Assembly (NCBI GenBank): GCA_964519305.1
Contig: CAZFHY010000014.1
Location: 32,001-96,000 of the forward strand
Reading direction: 5' to 3'
From: Candidatus Undinarchaeota archaeon
Lineage (GTDB): Archaea; SpSt-1190; JASMDC01
DNA length: 64,000 nucleotides
Shown here: positions 41,163 through 49,745 of the stretch, in pieces
Layout: the number at the start of each line of letters is the position of its first letter
How positions within the stretch are numbered: position 1 is the first letter of the stretch
Translations under genes and position numbers: made by a program
Notes under the pieces: model-generated
The model's database searches: none
Told to the model about the DNA's origin: nothing
Seen by the model: only the letters and a program-made list of their open reading frames with translations

Positions 41163-41626
41163 TACCGCTCACCTCCGATGGTCTCGAGCACAGCATCGAT
41201 GATCGGTGCGTACCCTGTGCAGCGACAGAGGTTGCCCGTCAGGGCCTCCTGTACGTCCTCCCTCGAGGGGTTCGGGTTCCGTGCCAGGAGGTCGGTGACC
41301 GTGAGGACGATGCCGGGTGCGCAGAAGCCGCACTGGAACGCGTTGCGGTCAAGGAACGCCTGCTGGAGGGGTGTGAGGCCGTCCCGGTTGATGCCTTCGA
41401 GGGTCGTGACCTCATGACCTGCCACCTCCACGGCGAGCACCAGGCAGCTGCGGACGCTCCTGCCGTCCAGGAGCACTGTACACGCGCCGCAGTCACCACG
41501 GTCGCACCCGCACTTGGGGCTGGTGATGCCCATGCGGTCGCGCAGCACTTCGAGCAATGTCTCGTTGGGCTCGACCGGGACCCGGCGTTCCTCGCCGTTC
41601 ACAGTGATCGTCAGTTCCTGCACCAT
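41162..41626 (-). CDS. XDH family 2x[2Fe-2S] subunit
   Basis: GCDRGDCGAC, QCGFC, NLCRCTGY. Confidence 0.96.
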   Translation of the reverse strand: MVQELTITVNGEERRVPVEPNETLLEVLRDRMGITSPKCGCDRGDCGACTVLLDGRSVRSCLVLAVEVAGHEVTTLEGINRDGLTPLQQAFLDRNAFQCGFCAPGIVLTVTDLLARNPNPSREDVQEALTGNLCRCTGYAPIIDAVLETIGGER

Positions 41627-42514
41627 TCAGACCACCCGCTCCCCGTACTTGGGTCCCTCGCCTGCCCGACGGCGCACCGCCGTCCGCAGCGCCCGGGTGA
41701 GCAGAATCCCTGCCATGTGAGCGCGGTACTCCTTGGATGCCCTGATATCGGTTATGGGGGAGATAGCATCGGGCACCAGAGCCACGGCCTCTTCGATGAT
41801 GTCGGTATCCAGTGATCGGCCGTCGAGGGCAGCCTCGATGTCGCGTGCCCTGGTGGCTAAGGGGCCTACAGCACAGAACGCCACGCGGTACCGGTCACCA
41901 TCGAGAGCGAGCGCTGCCGCTCCCACCTGTGCCAGGTCCTCGCCCGCGTAACGGCCCGCTCGCGCGTAGCATCCGCCATGGGCGTCCTTTGGTAAAGGCA
42001 CCGTGATGCCTGTGACGAGCTCTCCCGCACCAAGGGCCGTCCGCTTGGGGCCCGTGAACCATTCAGTGATGGGGATCCTGCGTTGCCCGTCAGGACCGCG
42101 CACGAGCACTTCCGCTTCGTGGACGAGGAGGGCCGGCCCGCTGTCGAGCGACGGCACGGCCGAGCAGATGTTCCCGACAAGTGTCGCACGGTTGCGTACG
42201 CCCATGGATGCTACGGTCGTGGCAGCCTCCCAGAGCAGCGGGAGCTTCTCACGCACGAGCTCGGACTCGATGATGTCCGTGAAGGTCACGAGCGCACCGA
42301 TCAGGAGCGCCTCATCGGATGCCTCGAGCCGTTCCAGTTCCTTGATACCCTTGAGGTCGACGACCGCTCCGGGTTCGTCCGCACCGTCCTTGAGGCGGAC
42401 CACCAGATCGGTACCGCCAGCCAATGGCCGTGCGCTCTCGCCGTAGCGCTCCATGAGCATGAGCGCCTCGTCGAGGGAGGTAGGTCTATGATACTCGAAC
42501 CCGGCAGTGATCAT
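41627..42514 (-). CDS. XDH family FAD-binding subunit
   Basis: LAGGTDL, VRNRATLVGN, PITDIRASKEYR. Confidence 0.95.
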   Translation of the reverse strand: MITAGFEYHRPTSLDEALMLMERYGESARPLAGGTDLVVRLKDGADEPGAVVDLKGIKELERLEASDEALLIGALVTFTDIIESELVREKLPLLWEAATTVASMGVRNRATLVGNICSAVPSLDSGPALLVHEAEVLVRGPDGQRRIPITEWFTGPKRTALGAGELVTGITVPLPKDAHGGCYARAGRYAGEDLAQVGAAALALDGDRYRVAFCAVGPLATRARDIEAALDGRSLDTDIIEEAVALVPDAISPITDIRASKEYRAHMAGILLTRALRTAVRRRAGEGPKYGERVV

Positions 42515-42525
42515 CGTAACGACAC

Positions 42526-43347
42526 CTATTCCTCAGGGGCTCCGAAGGCGACCATGCGGCAGAGCGAGCTCTCGAGCTCCATACCCTTGAGCGGCATGCA
42601 ACCGATCCAGCAGCGCTTGTTGGACAGCTTCTCGATGTCGCCGCCCATGTTCTCCGCGTGGACGAGCTTCTCCGGGAAGAGCTTCAGGTGCATGACCTGG
42701 TAGTACACTTCTGGAGGGAACATCTCGTCCCATTCCTTCCCGTAGTTCTTCTTGAGCTTTGCCTCGGCTTCCTTGAAGAGCTTGGGATGCCAGTCGCGGA
42801 TGATCGTGTTCATAGGGTGATCGGCGGACCCGCAGTCCACACCGATCCACTTGAGCTTCATCTTGAGCGCCCACTTGTGGAACTCCGGTCCGGGGCCGGG
42901 ATGCTTGACGAAGTAGCGCACCTCGTCGCTCTCCGGCTCGTACCATGCGTACCGGTGGTAACCGGTGTTGATGATGAGGATATCACCCTCGCGGATGTCA
43001 GCGCGCTCGGTGAGCATCTCGGGCGAGTAGAGGTCGTAGTCCCCCACTTCCCCGGATATATCGACCACGACGCCGGGGCCCACCCACTCCTCCAGCGGGA
43101 CCTGACCGATGGTCCGGCCGCTACCGTGGAAGTGGATCTCCCCGTCCATGTGGGTGCCCACGTGGTTGGAAGTCTTGATTATCTGGCCGTTGGCGCCCTG
43201 ACCCATATGGGCTCCAGCGATGCGTTTGAAGTACTGCACCTGCAGCGGCATGTAACTGGGCCACGGTGGCGTGTGCACGCTCAGCGGCTGGGTAAGGTCG
43301 TACATCTTCACTTTGCTCATGAACTCAAGGAACTCGTTCGCGTCCAT
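42526..43347 (-). CDS. Cyclase family metal-dependent hydrolase (kynurenine formamidase/isatin hydrolase-like)
   Basis: YDLTQPL, HVGTHMDGEIH, GDILIINTG, GVDCGSAD, HAEN. Confidence 0.9.
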   Translation of the reverse strand: MDANEFLEFMSKVKMYDLTQPLSVHTPPWPSYMPLQVQYFKRIAGAHMGQGANGQIIKTSNHVGTHMDGEIHFHGSGRTIGQVPLEEWVGPGVVVDISGEVGDYDLYSPEMLTERADIREGDILIINTGYHRYAWYEPESDEVRYFVKHPGPGPEFHKWALKMKLKWIGVDCGSADHPMNTIIRDWHPKLFKEAEAKLKKNYGKEWDEMFPPEVYYQVMHLKLFPEKLVHAENMGGDIEKLSNKRCWIGCMPLKGMELESSLCRMVAFGAPEE

Positions 43348-43455
43348 CGTTTTTCACCCCGTTCCATCACCCTCTCGGGCGGGTGATGAGGACGACCTGA
43401 CCAATCATTAAAAGGGCTTCGGTCGGTGGTCGACGGGACTGCGGGGGAAAGGTTG

Positions 43456-44121
43456 ATGAACCTTCCTCCTCGTGTGAAGCCTGTGATAATCCCTCCCGAG
43501 GAGCGCTCGTCCCAACCGCTCGAGGGGCCGGCTGTGCTCACGCATCCCGACATGGAGCGGGCCTGGCGACATATCGTCGAGGAGTACGAAGCCCCCCGGC
43601 GCGAGTACTGCATCCTCCTCACCTGCTCCATGCGCAGACCATATCACGTGAGCCCCTCGCATCGTATCTACGACCAGATAATCTTCTCCGTGCTCCCCCG
43701 CGAGAAGGTCCATCTCGTCGTGTTCGGGACCTGTGGTGTGGTGCCCCGGGAACTGGACGGCGAGTACCCGTTCACTGACTACCGCTTCATGCTGGGAAAA
43801 TCCGATCCATCCGTAAAGCGCGCCTTCGTCCCCCATGAGGCGATGCGGCTCGCCGCTTACCTCGAGCGCAATCGGGACCATTACGAACACGTCGTCGCTT
43901 ATGCTATCGGGGTCTTCCGTGAGGCCGTCATGCTCGCAGGCGAGATGACGGGGATACCGATCAAGGTGCTTCCCCACGACGACACGATAACCGCGCTCAC
44001 GGACCCGTCGCGTCGTTTCCCCGCAGGCAGTCTCATGGCACAAGAATACCTGCAGGACCTGTCGGACGCTCTTGCTGACATAGAAGGGGTGCCTCGTAAA
44101 GAAGCGGTCTTTACACGCTGA
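43456..44121 (+). CDS. DUF5591-like protein (related to the archaeosine synthase catalytic region)
   Basis: ILLTCSMRRPYHVSPSH, GVVPRELDGEYPFTDY. Confidence 0.75.
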   Translation: MNLPPRVKPVIIPPEERSSQPLEGPAVLTHPDMERAWRHIVEEYEAPRREYCILLTCSMRRPYHVSPSHRIYDQIIFSVLPREKVHLVVFGTCGVVPRELDGEYPFTDYRFMLGKSDPSVKRAFVPHEAMRLAAYLERNRDHYEHVVAYAIGVFREAVMLAGEMTGIPIKVLPHDDTITALTDPSRRFPAGSLMAQEYLQDLSDALADIEGVPRKEAVFTR

Positions 44122-44122
44122 C

Positions 44123-45205
44123 CTAGTGGATGGGCAGTAACGTCGCGACGCCCGCGATGAGGACGGCCTTCTCGACATCGTACTTGAAGCGCTCGTTCAC
44201 GGCCTCCGTGTAGAGGTCCGGTTCGTAGTCGCCCTTGACCTTCTGCCAGAGGCGGCGCCCGCCGGCACCTACCATGTCATGGATGTGCACGTGCTTGAGG
44301 TCGTCGATGTCCAAGCGTCCCTCACGGTACTCCTCGAGGAAGTCGTTACCGCTCTTGTGCTCGTACTTGAGCGCCTTGAGGGCGACATCGTTGAATTCCG
44401 TTGGGATCGTTCCGAGGTACTTACCCGCTGCCCGAATGTCGTCGGTCGTGCTAACTGCCCTGAGCGTAGAAGTGGCACCGACCTTCCGTTCGTCGCCGGT
44501 CCGTATCGAGTATATCTCGTCCATGAAACGGACGGTCATGATGGTGGCCATCTCCTTCGAGAGCTTGGGAGAGATCGTGACCTTGTATGCGGAACCGTCA
44601 GGGCTGATCCCGAGCGAACCGAACTCGTTCCAGCCAAGTCTGTCGCTGCTGAACTCTACATCAACGTTGTCCAGGAGCTCAAGGCCCTGGTCATCCCAGT
44701 AATCCGAGCTGTTCATACGTTCCATAGCGCTCCTGTACACGTCAGCAGCGTCATCCTCGCCAAGGTCCTTGTGATGGAACTTACCCTCGCGATTGTAAAG
44801 GTCGATGTTGTGCTCGGTGAAGGGGATGGGGATGTATCCGCCTACGAGTATGTCGGTACCAAGGAGCCGTGCCAGCCGGCTCCCAGCACCCTTCCGCTCC
44901 TGGGGCTTGAGGGATTTGAGGTCCACATCACTGACATAGCAGCCTATCGTGTCCGAGTTGTGCCCGTCGAACCCGTCCAGCTCGTTCTCACCGACATGCT
45001 CGATGAAGTATGTGGTCCCGATCTGAGCTGCGACCTTGGCGCTGTAGTGGTACACCGCATCCATGGCGGAGGCCCCGACCTTGGGTATCTCGTGACAAAG
45101 GTTGGCCGTGGCGTACCCGGCAGCGAGGCCTACACCAGCGGCGACCCCGTCCGAGATGTACTCACGGTTGGGGATGCGCTCTGATGAAACGGTCAGGTAC
45201 TCCAT
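44123..45205 (-). CDS. Hypothetical protein
   Basis: 360 aa, strong C/G-ending codon bias, TATA tttataa upstream. Confidence 0.7.
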   Translation of the reverse strand: MEYLTVSSERIPNREYISDGVAAGVGLAAGYATANLCHEIPKVGASAMDAVYHYSAKVAAQIGTTYFIEHVGENELDGFDGHNSDTIGCYVSDVDLKSLKPQERKGAGSRLARLLGTDILVGGYIPIPFTEHNIDLYNREGKFHHKDLGEDDAADVYRSAMERMNSSDYWDDQGLELLDNVDVEFSSDRLGWNEFGSLGISPDGSAYKVTISPKLSKEMATIMTVRFMDEIYSIRTGDERKVGATSTLRAVSTTDDIRAAGKYLGTIPTEFNDVALKALKYEHKSGNDFLEEYREGRLDIDDLKHVHIHDMVGAGGRRLWQKVKGDYEPDLYTEAVNERFKYDVEKAVLIAGVATLLPIH

Positions 45206-45280
45206 CCAGTGGCGTTCGGCCAGAGTGACGGATTATAAATGTTACCTGGGGGTAGTAACAGTAGCAGGAGTGGGACGAGA

Positions 45281-45448
45281 TTAGAACCGCTCGGCATAGT
45301 ACGAGTGCTGGTCGCTGACGCTGGCGTTCCAGATCTTGTACATCACGAGGAGGAAGAAGGGCAGACCGCCGATCACGAAGCCCTTGAAGATGTTACTACC
45401 TTCGATGCCGCGCCAGACGATATCATCCGGCACTTCGTGATACGTCAT
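45281..45448 (-). CDS. 55-aa single-TM protein (below ORF-track cutoff)
   Basis: MTYHEVPDDIVWRGIEGSNIFKGFVIGGLPFFLLVMYKIWNASVSDQHSYYAERF; host-like codon usage; fills an intergenic gap. Confidence 0.65.
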   Translation of the reverse strand: MTYHEVPDDIVWRGIEGSNIFKGFVIGGLPFFLLVMYKIWNASVSDQHSYYAERF

Positions 45449-45505
45449 GGTGAGATTTGATTACGGACTTATTCTTTTATGGATTACCTCTCTAGTCCAC
45501 TATTG

Positions 45506-46366
45506 ATGGTCGAAGACACGGATGATATGACCACAGAAAAGGTGGAGACCATCGACAGGAGGACGATGCTCAACCGACTGGCCGCTCTCGGTATCGGACT
45601 GGTCGGACTACGGCTACTCAGCGACGGTCAGCTTCTGCGCGTGCTCCAGAGCGCCGAGCGTGAGCCTGAAGTTGCGTCAGCTCTATCAAAGAACAGTGGT
45701 GATCGTGTGGTTGTATCTAAAGGGAACGCGACCGACCTTGATCCGGAAGCCTCGCCCGAGGCCATACCTGCCGTAGGGGAGCTTGTCATCAGCCCTGACA
45801 CCCGGCGGGACAACCGCGTGCCGCCCGGCCAGCGCCTGACGAAAGGATTCCCGATAACCGGTGCCGGTCCCATTCAACGTATCGATCCGGCCCACTGGGA
45901 GTTCTCCATAACCGGGCTCGTGGATGAGGAACGGACGCTGTCCTTTGAGGAATTCGTTTCCCTTGAGCATGTCAAGGTGCTCTCGGACATCCATTGTGTC
46001 ACGACCTGGTCACGCTTGGATAATGTTTGGGAAGGTATCTCGACCCAGAAGATCAAGGACATCGTCGGCATACGGCCGGAAGCCCGTTTCGTCATGATCC
46101 ATGCAGCAGGGGGTTTCAGTGCGAACCTGCCTCTGGAGGACTTCTTCGAGGAGGATGTGCTTTTCGCACTCAAGCACAACGATCAGGAACTGAGCCCTGA
46201 GCACGGCTACCCGGTCCGCCTCGTCGTCCCACGGCTCTATTTCTGGAAGAGCGCCAAGTGGGTCACGGGCATCGAGTTCATGGCGGAGGACAAGGCTGGC
46301 TACTGGGAATCTCTCGGTTATCACATACGCGGAGATCCCTGGAAGGAAGAACGGTACAGCGGATAG
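45506..46366 (+). CDS. Sulfite-oxidase-family molybdopterin oxidoreductase (YuiH/MsrP-like) with Tat-like signal
   Basis: IDRRTML + hydrophobic stretch; VPPGQ, DIHCVTTWS, EHGYPVRLVVP, WKSAKWV, GYWE. Confidence 0.9.
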   Translation: MVEDTDDMTTEKVETIDRRTMLNRLAALGIGLVGLRLLSDGQLLRVLQSAEREPEVASALSKNSGDRVVVSKGNATDLDPEASPEAIPAVGELVISPDTRRDNRVPPGQRLTKGFPITGAGPIQRIDPAHWEFSITGLVDEERTLSFEEFVSLEHVKVLSDIHCVTTWSRLDNVWEGISTQKIKDIVGIRPEARFVMIHAAGGFSANLPLEDFFEEDVLFALKHNDQELSPEHGYPVRLVVPRLYFWKSAKWVTGIEFMAEDKAGYWESLGYHIRGDPWKEERYSG

Positions 46367-46402
46367 TGTTCTGCAAGTCAGTCCGAGGGTGTGTTCCCCG
46401 GT

Positions 46403-47554
46403 TCATTTGTCCTTCTTAGCTACCGATTCAGGTGGTAAGCGCTTGTAGAACACATGCCATGTCCGGTTTCCGATGTAGTTATGGAGCGTCGTACGGATGC
46501 GGTATCGACGCTCACGAAGAACGGTCGTGAGCATACCGCGTGCGGGAACAGTAGCGAACACCTTAGCGATGCCCTTCTTAGCAAAATGCTGTTCGCATCG
46601 TTCCACCAGTCGAGCAGATGCTTCAAGGGCGAGCGGTCCGTCCATCTCCATGATGGCCGATTCTACGAATCCGCAGTCGTCCTGGATAGCGGCGATGAGC
46701 CTTCCTACACGCTTGACTCCTAATGTGGCCGAGAGCGTGGTCGTGGCGCGTCCCGCGGTATCGTTGGTCCGCGAGGACTCTGTCAGTATCGAGAGCTCAT
46801 CACGGGGTACGAGAATGAGACGGTCCGGCTGGAGCGTCGTGTCCACACCGTGGAACGGTGCATGGACGCGACGAAGGAGAAGCAGGACATTGTCCTGGAT
46901 ATACTTGAGCACCTGAGGCCGTTTACCCGGATCGACGTCCTCTGCTAGAATGACACCTGTGCGCATGCCATGGGTGAAGAGCTCTCTGATGACCGGATAA
47001 GGGACTGGCGGCGGTGGGAGCTCACGTCGCGGGGCCGTTGTCTTTCTAGGTCGTTCCTTCGGTAAGGGCGTCCCCTTGGGGACATAATATGCCCGTCGTG
47101 ATGACTCGCGGATCTTCACGAGTTCCCTGGAGCGAACGAAACGCCGATAGACGCTGGCGAAGGATAGGTATCGGCGGTCCGTAGAGGGTAGGTTCCTGCC
47201 GTAGACCATCTTTATCGCAGCTTTGTAGGTGAGCTTCCCGTCTCGTTTGAGGACCTTATCGAGCTTCGTGTAAGCCGCCTCATCACGTCGGACGCGACGA
47301 GCATGTCGCGGACCGCTACCCCTTCTTTTCGTCGACTTGGGTACGAAGACGAGGCGTCCTTTCGAGCGCCGGCCACGACATAGGCTCATCTCCCGAACGA
47401 ACTGATCATAGAACGGACGTAGCTCAAGATAGCTGGGCGAACTAGAACTCAGGCGACGGCCGAAGACTGCGTTTACAGCCTCGGTGTAAGTGAGTCGGCC
47501 GTTCTGATGCAGCAGTTGATGGAGGGTGGTGAACACGCTGTCCCTTTCGAGCAC
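46403..47554 (-). CDS. Basic protein with two tandem winged-helix-like repeats and degenerate GNAT-like C-terminus
   Basis: Internal repeat GRLTYTEAVNAVFGRRL / GKLTYKAAIKMVYGRNL; GTG 47554 about 25 nt after TATA atatataa. Confidence 0.6.
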   Translation of the reverse strand: MLERDSVFTTLHQLLHQNGRLTYTEAVNAVFGRRLSSSSPSYLELRPFYDQFVREMSLCRGRRSKGRLVFVPKSTKRRGSGPRHARRVRRDEAAYTKLDKVLKRDGKLTYKAAIKMVYGRNLPSTDRRYLSFASVYRRFVRSRELVKIRESSRRAYYVPKGTPLPKERPRKTTAPRRELPPPPVPYPVIRELFTHGMRTGVILAEDVDPGKRPQVLKYIQDNVLLLLRRVHAPFHGVDTTLQPDRLILVPRDELSILTESSRTNDTAGRATTTLSATLGVKRVGRLIAAIQDDCGFVESAIMEMDGPLALEASARLVERCEQHFAKKGIAKVFATVPARGMLTTVLRERRYRIRTTLHNYIGNRTWHVFYKRLPPESVAKKDK

Positions 47555-47597
47555 TGTTCGTGGCTGTGGTGCCCGTATTATATATGTTTGAGCCCGT

Positions 47598-48548
47598 TCA
47601 GTATTCGTAGTCAAGGGATGTTGTTTCGAACGTCTGTTCACCGCACTCGGAACAGTAGATACTGCCCTCTTGCTCGAGGGTGCAGTCAGGACATACATAT
47701 CGTCCGCATGCCGAGCATTGCTCGGGATCATCAGTGTTGTTCCCGCACACCGCGCACTCTCTAATGGACACGAGTGCGTCCATCGAATAATAGATCGCTG
47801 CGAGCGTGAGCAGAACGAGAGAGACCACGATGATGAGAACTACCTTGTTCTGCATCATAAGTTCCCATACGGTCTCGGGCGGGCGAGGTGTCGTCGATCC
47901 CTGGACCACGTCTTCCAGGGTCTTGTTCGTGATCTTCAGTTCAATGTCCTGAACGAACGCCATGTGGGACGGGCCCCTGCTACTCGTGAAGGGCTCCAGA
48001 ACGACAAAATTCTCTCCAACGATGACCTTGCAGTTGTTCTTGTTCTTTAGCACTTCTTTACGGAACTTCGAGGCGAAGAGCTTCTTGCAGTCGTTCTCGA
48101 GAAAACCCTCGCAATCGAGCACGACACTGTCGATATGGCAGCATTTCTCTTCATTGTCTGGATCTTCGCATACCTTCACGGAGAAGGACGCGTGCTGCGC
48201 CAGATACATTCGTGAACCTTCCCTCACCGTGTGAACTGTCACGGTATCGATGAACTTCTGTTCAAGGACATCGAACACATACGTGAGACGGTCGTTCACA
48301 CCAGTGGGTCCGATGATGGCGACAGCACCCGTTTTGCTCTTTGGGCCGCATTCCTGGCCTTCAGCAATGGACGGGCATGCTCCGATTATCTTTTCCCTGT
48401 TCGTTTCACCGGGGAAGTAGACCGAATCGCCATTTAGCACAGGGTCCTGTGCAACTGCGAAAACAGTCAGGATGATCAAGCAGATTAGGACGTGTTTTAT
48501 GACATGCCTGTAGCTGTTCTTTCGATCACCTCCCATCCTGATGTTCAC
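47598..48548 (-). CDS. Single-pass membrane protein with Cys-rich ectodomain and cytoplasmic 4xCxxC zinc finger
   Basis: Signal peptide, C-terminal TM, CAVC..CSAC..CPDC..CSEC. Confidence 0.75.
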   Translation of the reverse strand: MNIRMGGDRKNSYRHVIKHVLICLIILTVFAVAQDPVLNGDSVYFPGETNREKIIGACPSIAEGQECGPKSKTGAVAIIGPTGVNDRLTYVFDVLEQKFIDTVTVHTVREGSRMYLAQHASFSVKVCEDPDNEEKCCHIDSVVLDCEGFLENDCKKLFASKFRKEVLKNKNNCKVIVGENFVVLEPFTSSRGPSHMAFVQDIELKITNKTLEDVVQGSTTPRPPETVWELMMQNKVVLIIVVSLVLLTLAAIYYSMDALVSIRECAVCGNNTDDPEQCSACGRYVCPDCTLEQEGSIYCSECGEQTFETTSLDYEY

Positions 48549-48612
48549 TCTCTTCTTCTTAGTTTATAAAATTCCTTCCACGCCCGAAGGTCGGGGTGAA
48601 CCTTCATAAATC

Positions 48613-48804
48613 ATGAGAGTAAATACCATGCCAACGGGGACCACGGATATGGAGAACGAATACTTTGAATCTTACATGGCCGAACCCCACAATATGGGGA
48701 ATGTGTTCGAGCAACTTGCTGAGCGCGAGCGTGACATGTGGATGTGCGAGCTGTACAAGGAGATCCAGCGAGACTACCACTTCTATTCCGTAGGCTGGCT
48801 ATAG
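48613..48804 (+). CDS. Small hypothetical protein
   Basis: 63 aa ORF; start uncertain. Confidence 0.4.
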   Translation: MRVNTMPTGTTDMENEYFESYMAEPHNMGNVFEQLAERERDMWMCELYKEIQRDYHFYSVGWL

Positions 48805-48853
48805 ATCGCCGTCCCCACCCCCTAGGTTCACTTTATATTGTTTGACTTAGTCA

Positions 48854-49573
48854 ATGGATTCGATGGCCAAGGGTGCGTCGGACAAACAGAAGGACCTTTC
48901 TGACGAGAAGAAACGGATCCTTAAAGAGCTCCTGAAAGTGGAGAAGGAGGAGCTTCGTATCGCCGAGACCGAACGGAAGCTTGCCCGGGACATCAAGACC
49001 ATCGAAGCAGAAGAGCACCGTATCGAAGAGGCAGAACACCGGATTTCCGAAACGGAGCGTCGTCTTAGTCAAGCTGAGCGTAAGCTCGAACGGGATCTTT
49101 CCATGGTCGCTGCCGGGGAGAAGCGGATCGAGGCCGAAGAGATCAAGATCGAGGAGGCCGAGGAGAAGATCGAAGAAGGTATCCGGAAGTTGGCCAAAGA
49201 AGAGCGCAAGATCGAGGCCGAGGAGCGCAAGATCGAAGCGGTCGAGAAGAATCTCGAAAAGAATATCGAGAAGCTCGCCAAGGAAGAGAGGCGTATCGAG
49301 GTCGAGGAGCGCAAGATCGAGGAAGCCGAGCAGAAGATCGCCAAAGATATCAAGACCATCGAGGAGAAGGAAGACGAGATCATTCGCACCGAGAAGCGCC
49401 TCGTTGAGACCGAGGAGTTCCTCAGACACGAGACCAAGGTCATCGAGTTCCTAGCCTTCATGGGCATCCTCTTTCTTGTGATGATACTCGCGGCCCTGGG
49501 ATTCTATATATTCTCTGGCGGTATCATTGCGGGAGCACCTCCGGTGAACGTGACCGGTGCGGGCGTACCCTGA
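48854..49573 (+). CDS. Tail-anchored heptad-repeat coiled-coil protein
   Basis: More than 20 consecutive [KR]IExxE[RK]-like heptads followed by a C-terminal TM. Confidence 0.85.
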   Translation: MDSMAKGASDKQKDLSDEKKRILKELLKVEKEELRIAETERKLARDIKTIEAEEHRIEEAEHRISETERRLSQAERKLERDLSMVAAGEKRIEAEEIKIEEAEEKIEEGIRKLAKEERKIEAEERKIEAVEKNLEKNIEKLAKEERRIEVEERKIEEAEQKIAKDIKTIEEKEDEIIRTEKRLVETEEFLRHETKVIEFLAFMGILFLVMILAALGFYIFSGGIIAGAPPVNVTGAGVP

Positions 49574-49745
49574 GGACCTCGTCCGGATTCCTGAAGGATT
49601 AGTTTTCATCGAGCGATCGCCCTAGATTGTCGACGATCACGAGAAAACCGCGAACAGGCGAGGGTTTGCCACTCGTTAGGAGTTACAAAAAAGGAAAACT
49701 ATATAAGGCCCGGGCGACACTAGTATCATCGGGTGTGGGTTTAAG

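Noticed and set aside
48851-49467. Leu/Phe-rich or Ser-rich minus-strand ORFs opposite the coiled-coil gene
   Set aside because: Antisense shadows of the GAG/AAG-rich repeat; the plus strand has a coherent coiled-coil plus TM architecture.
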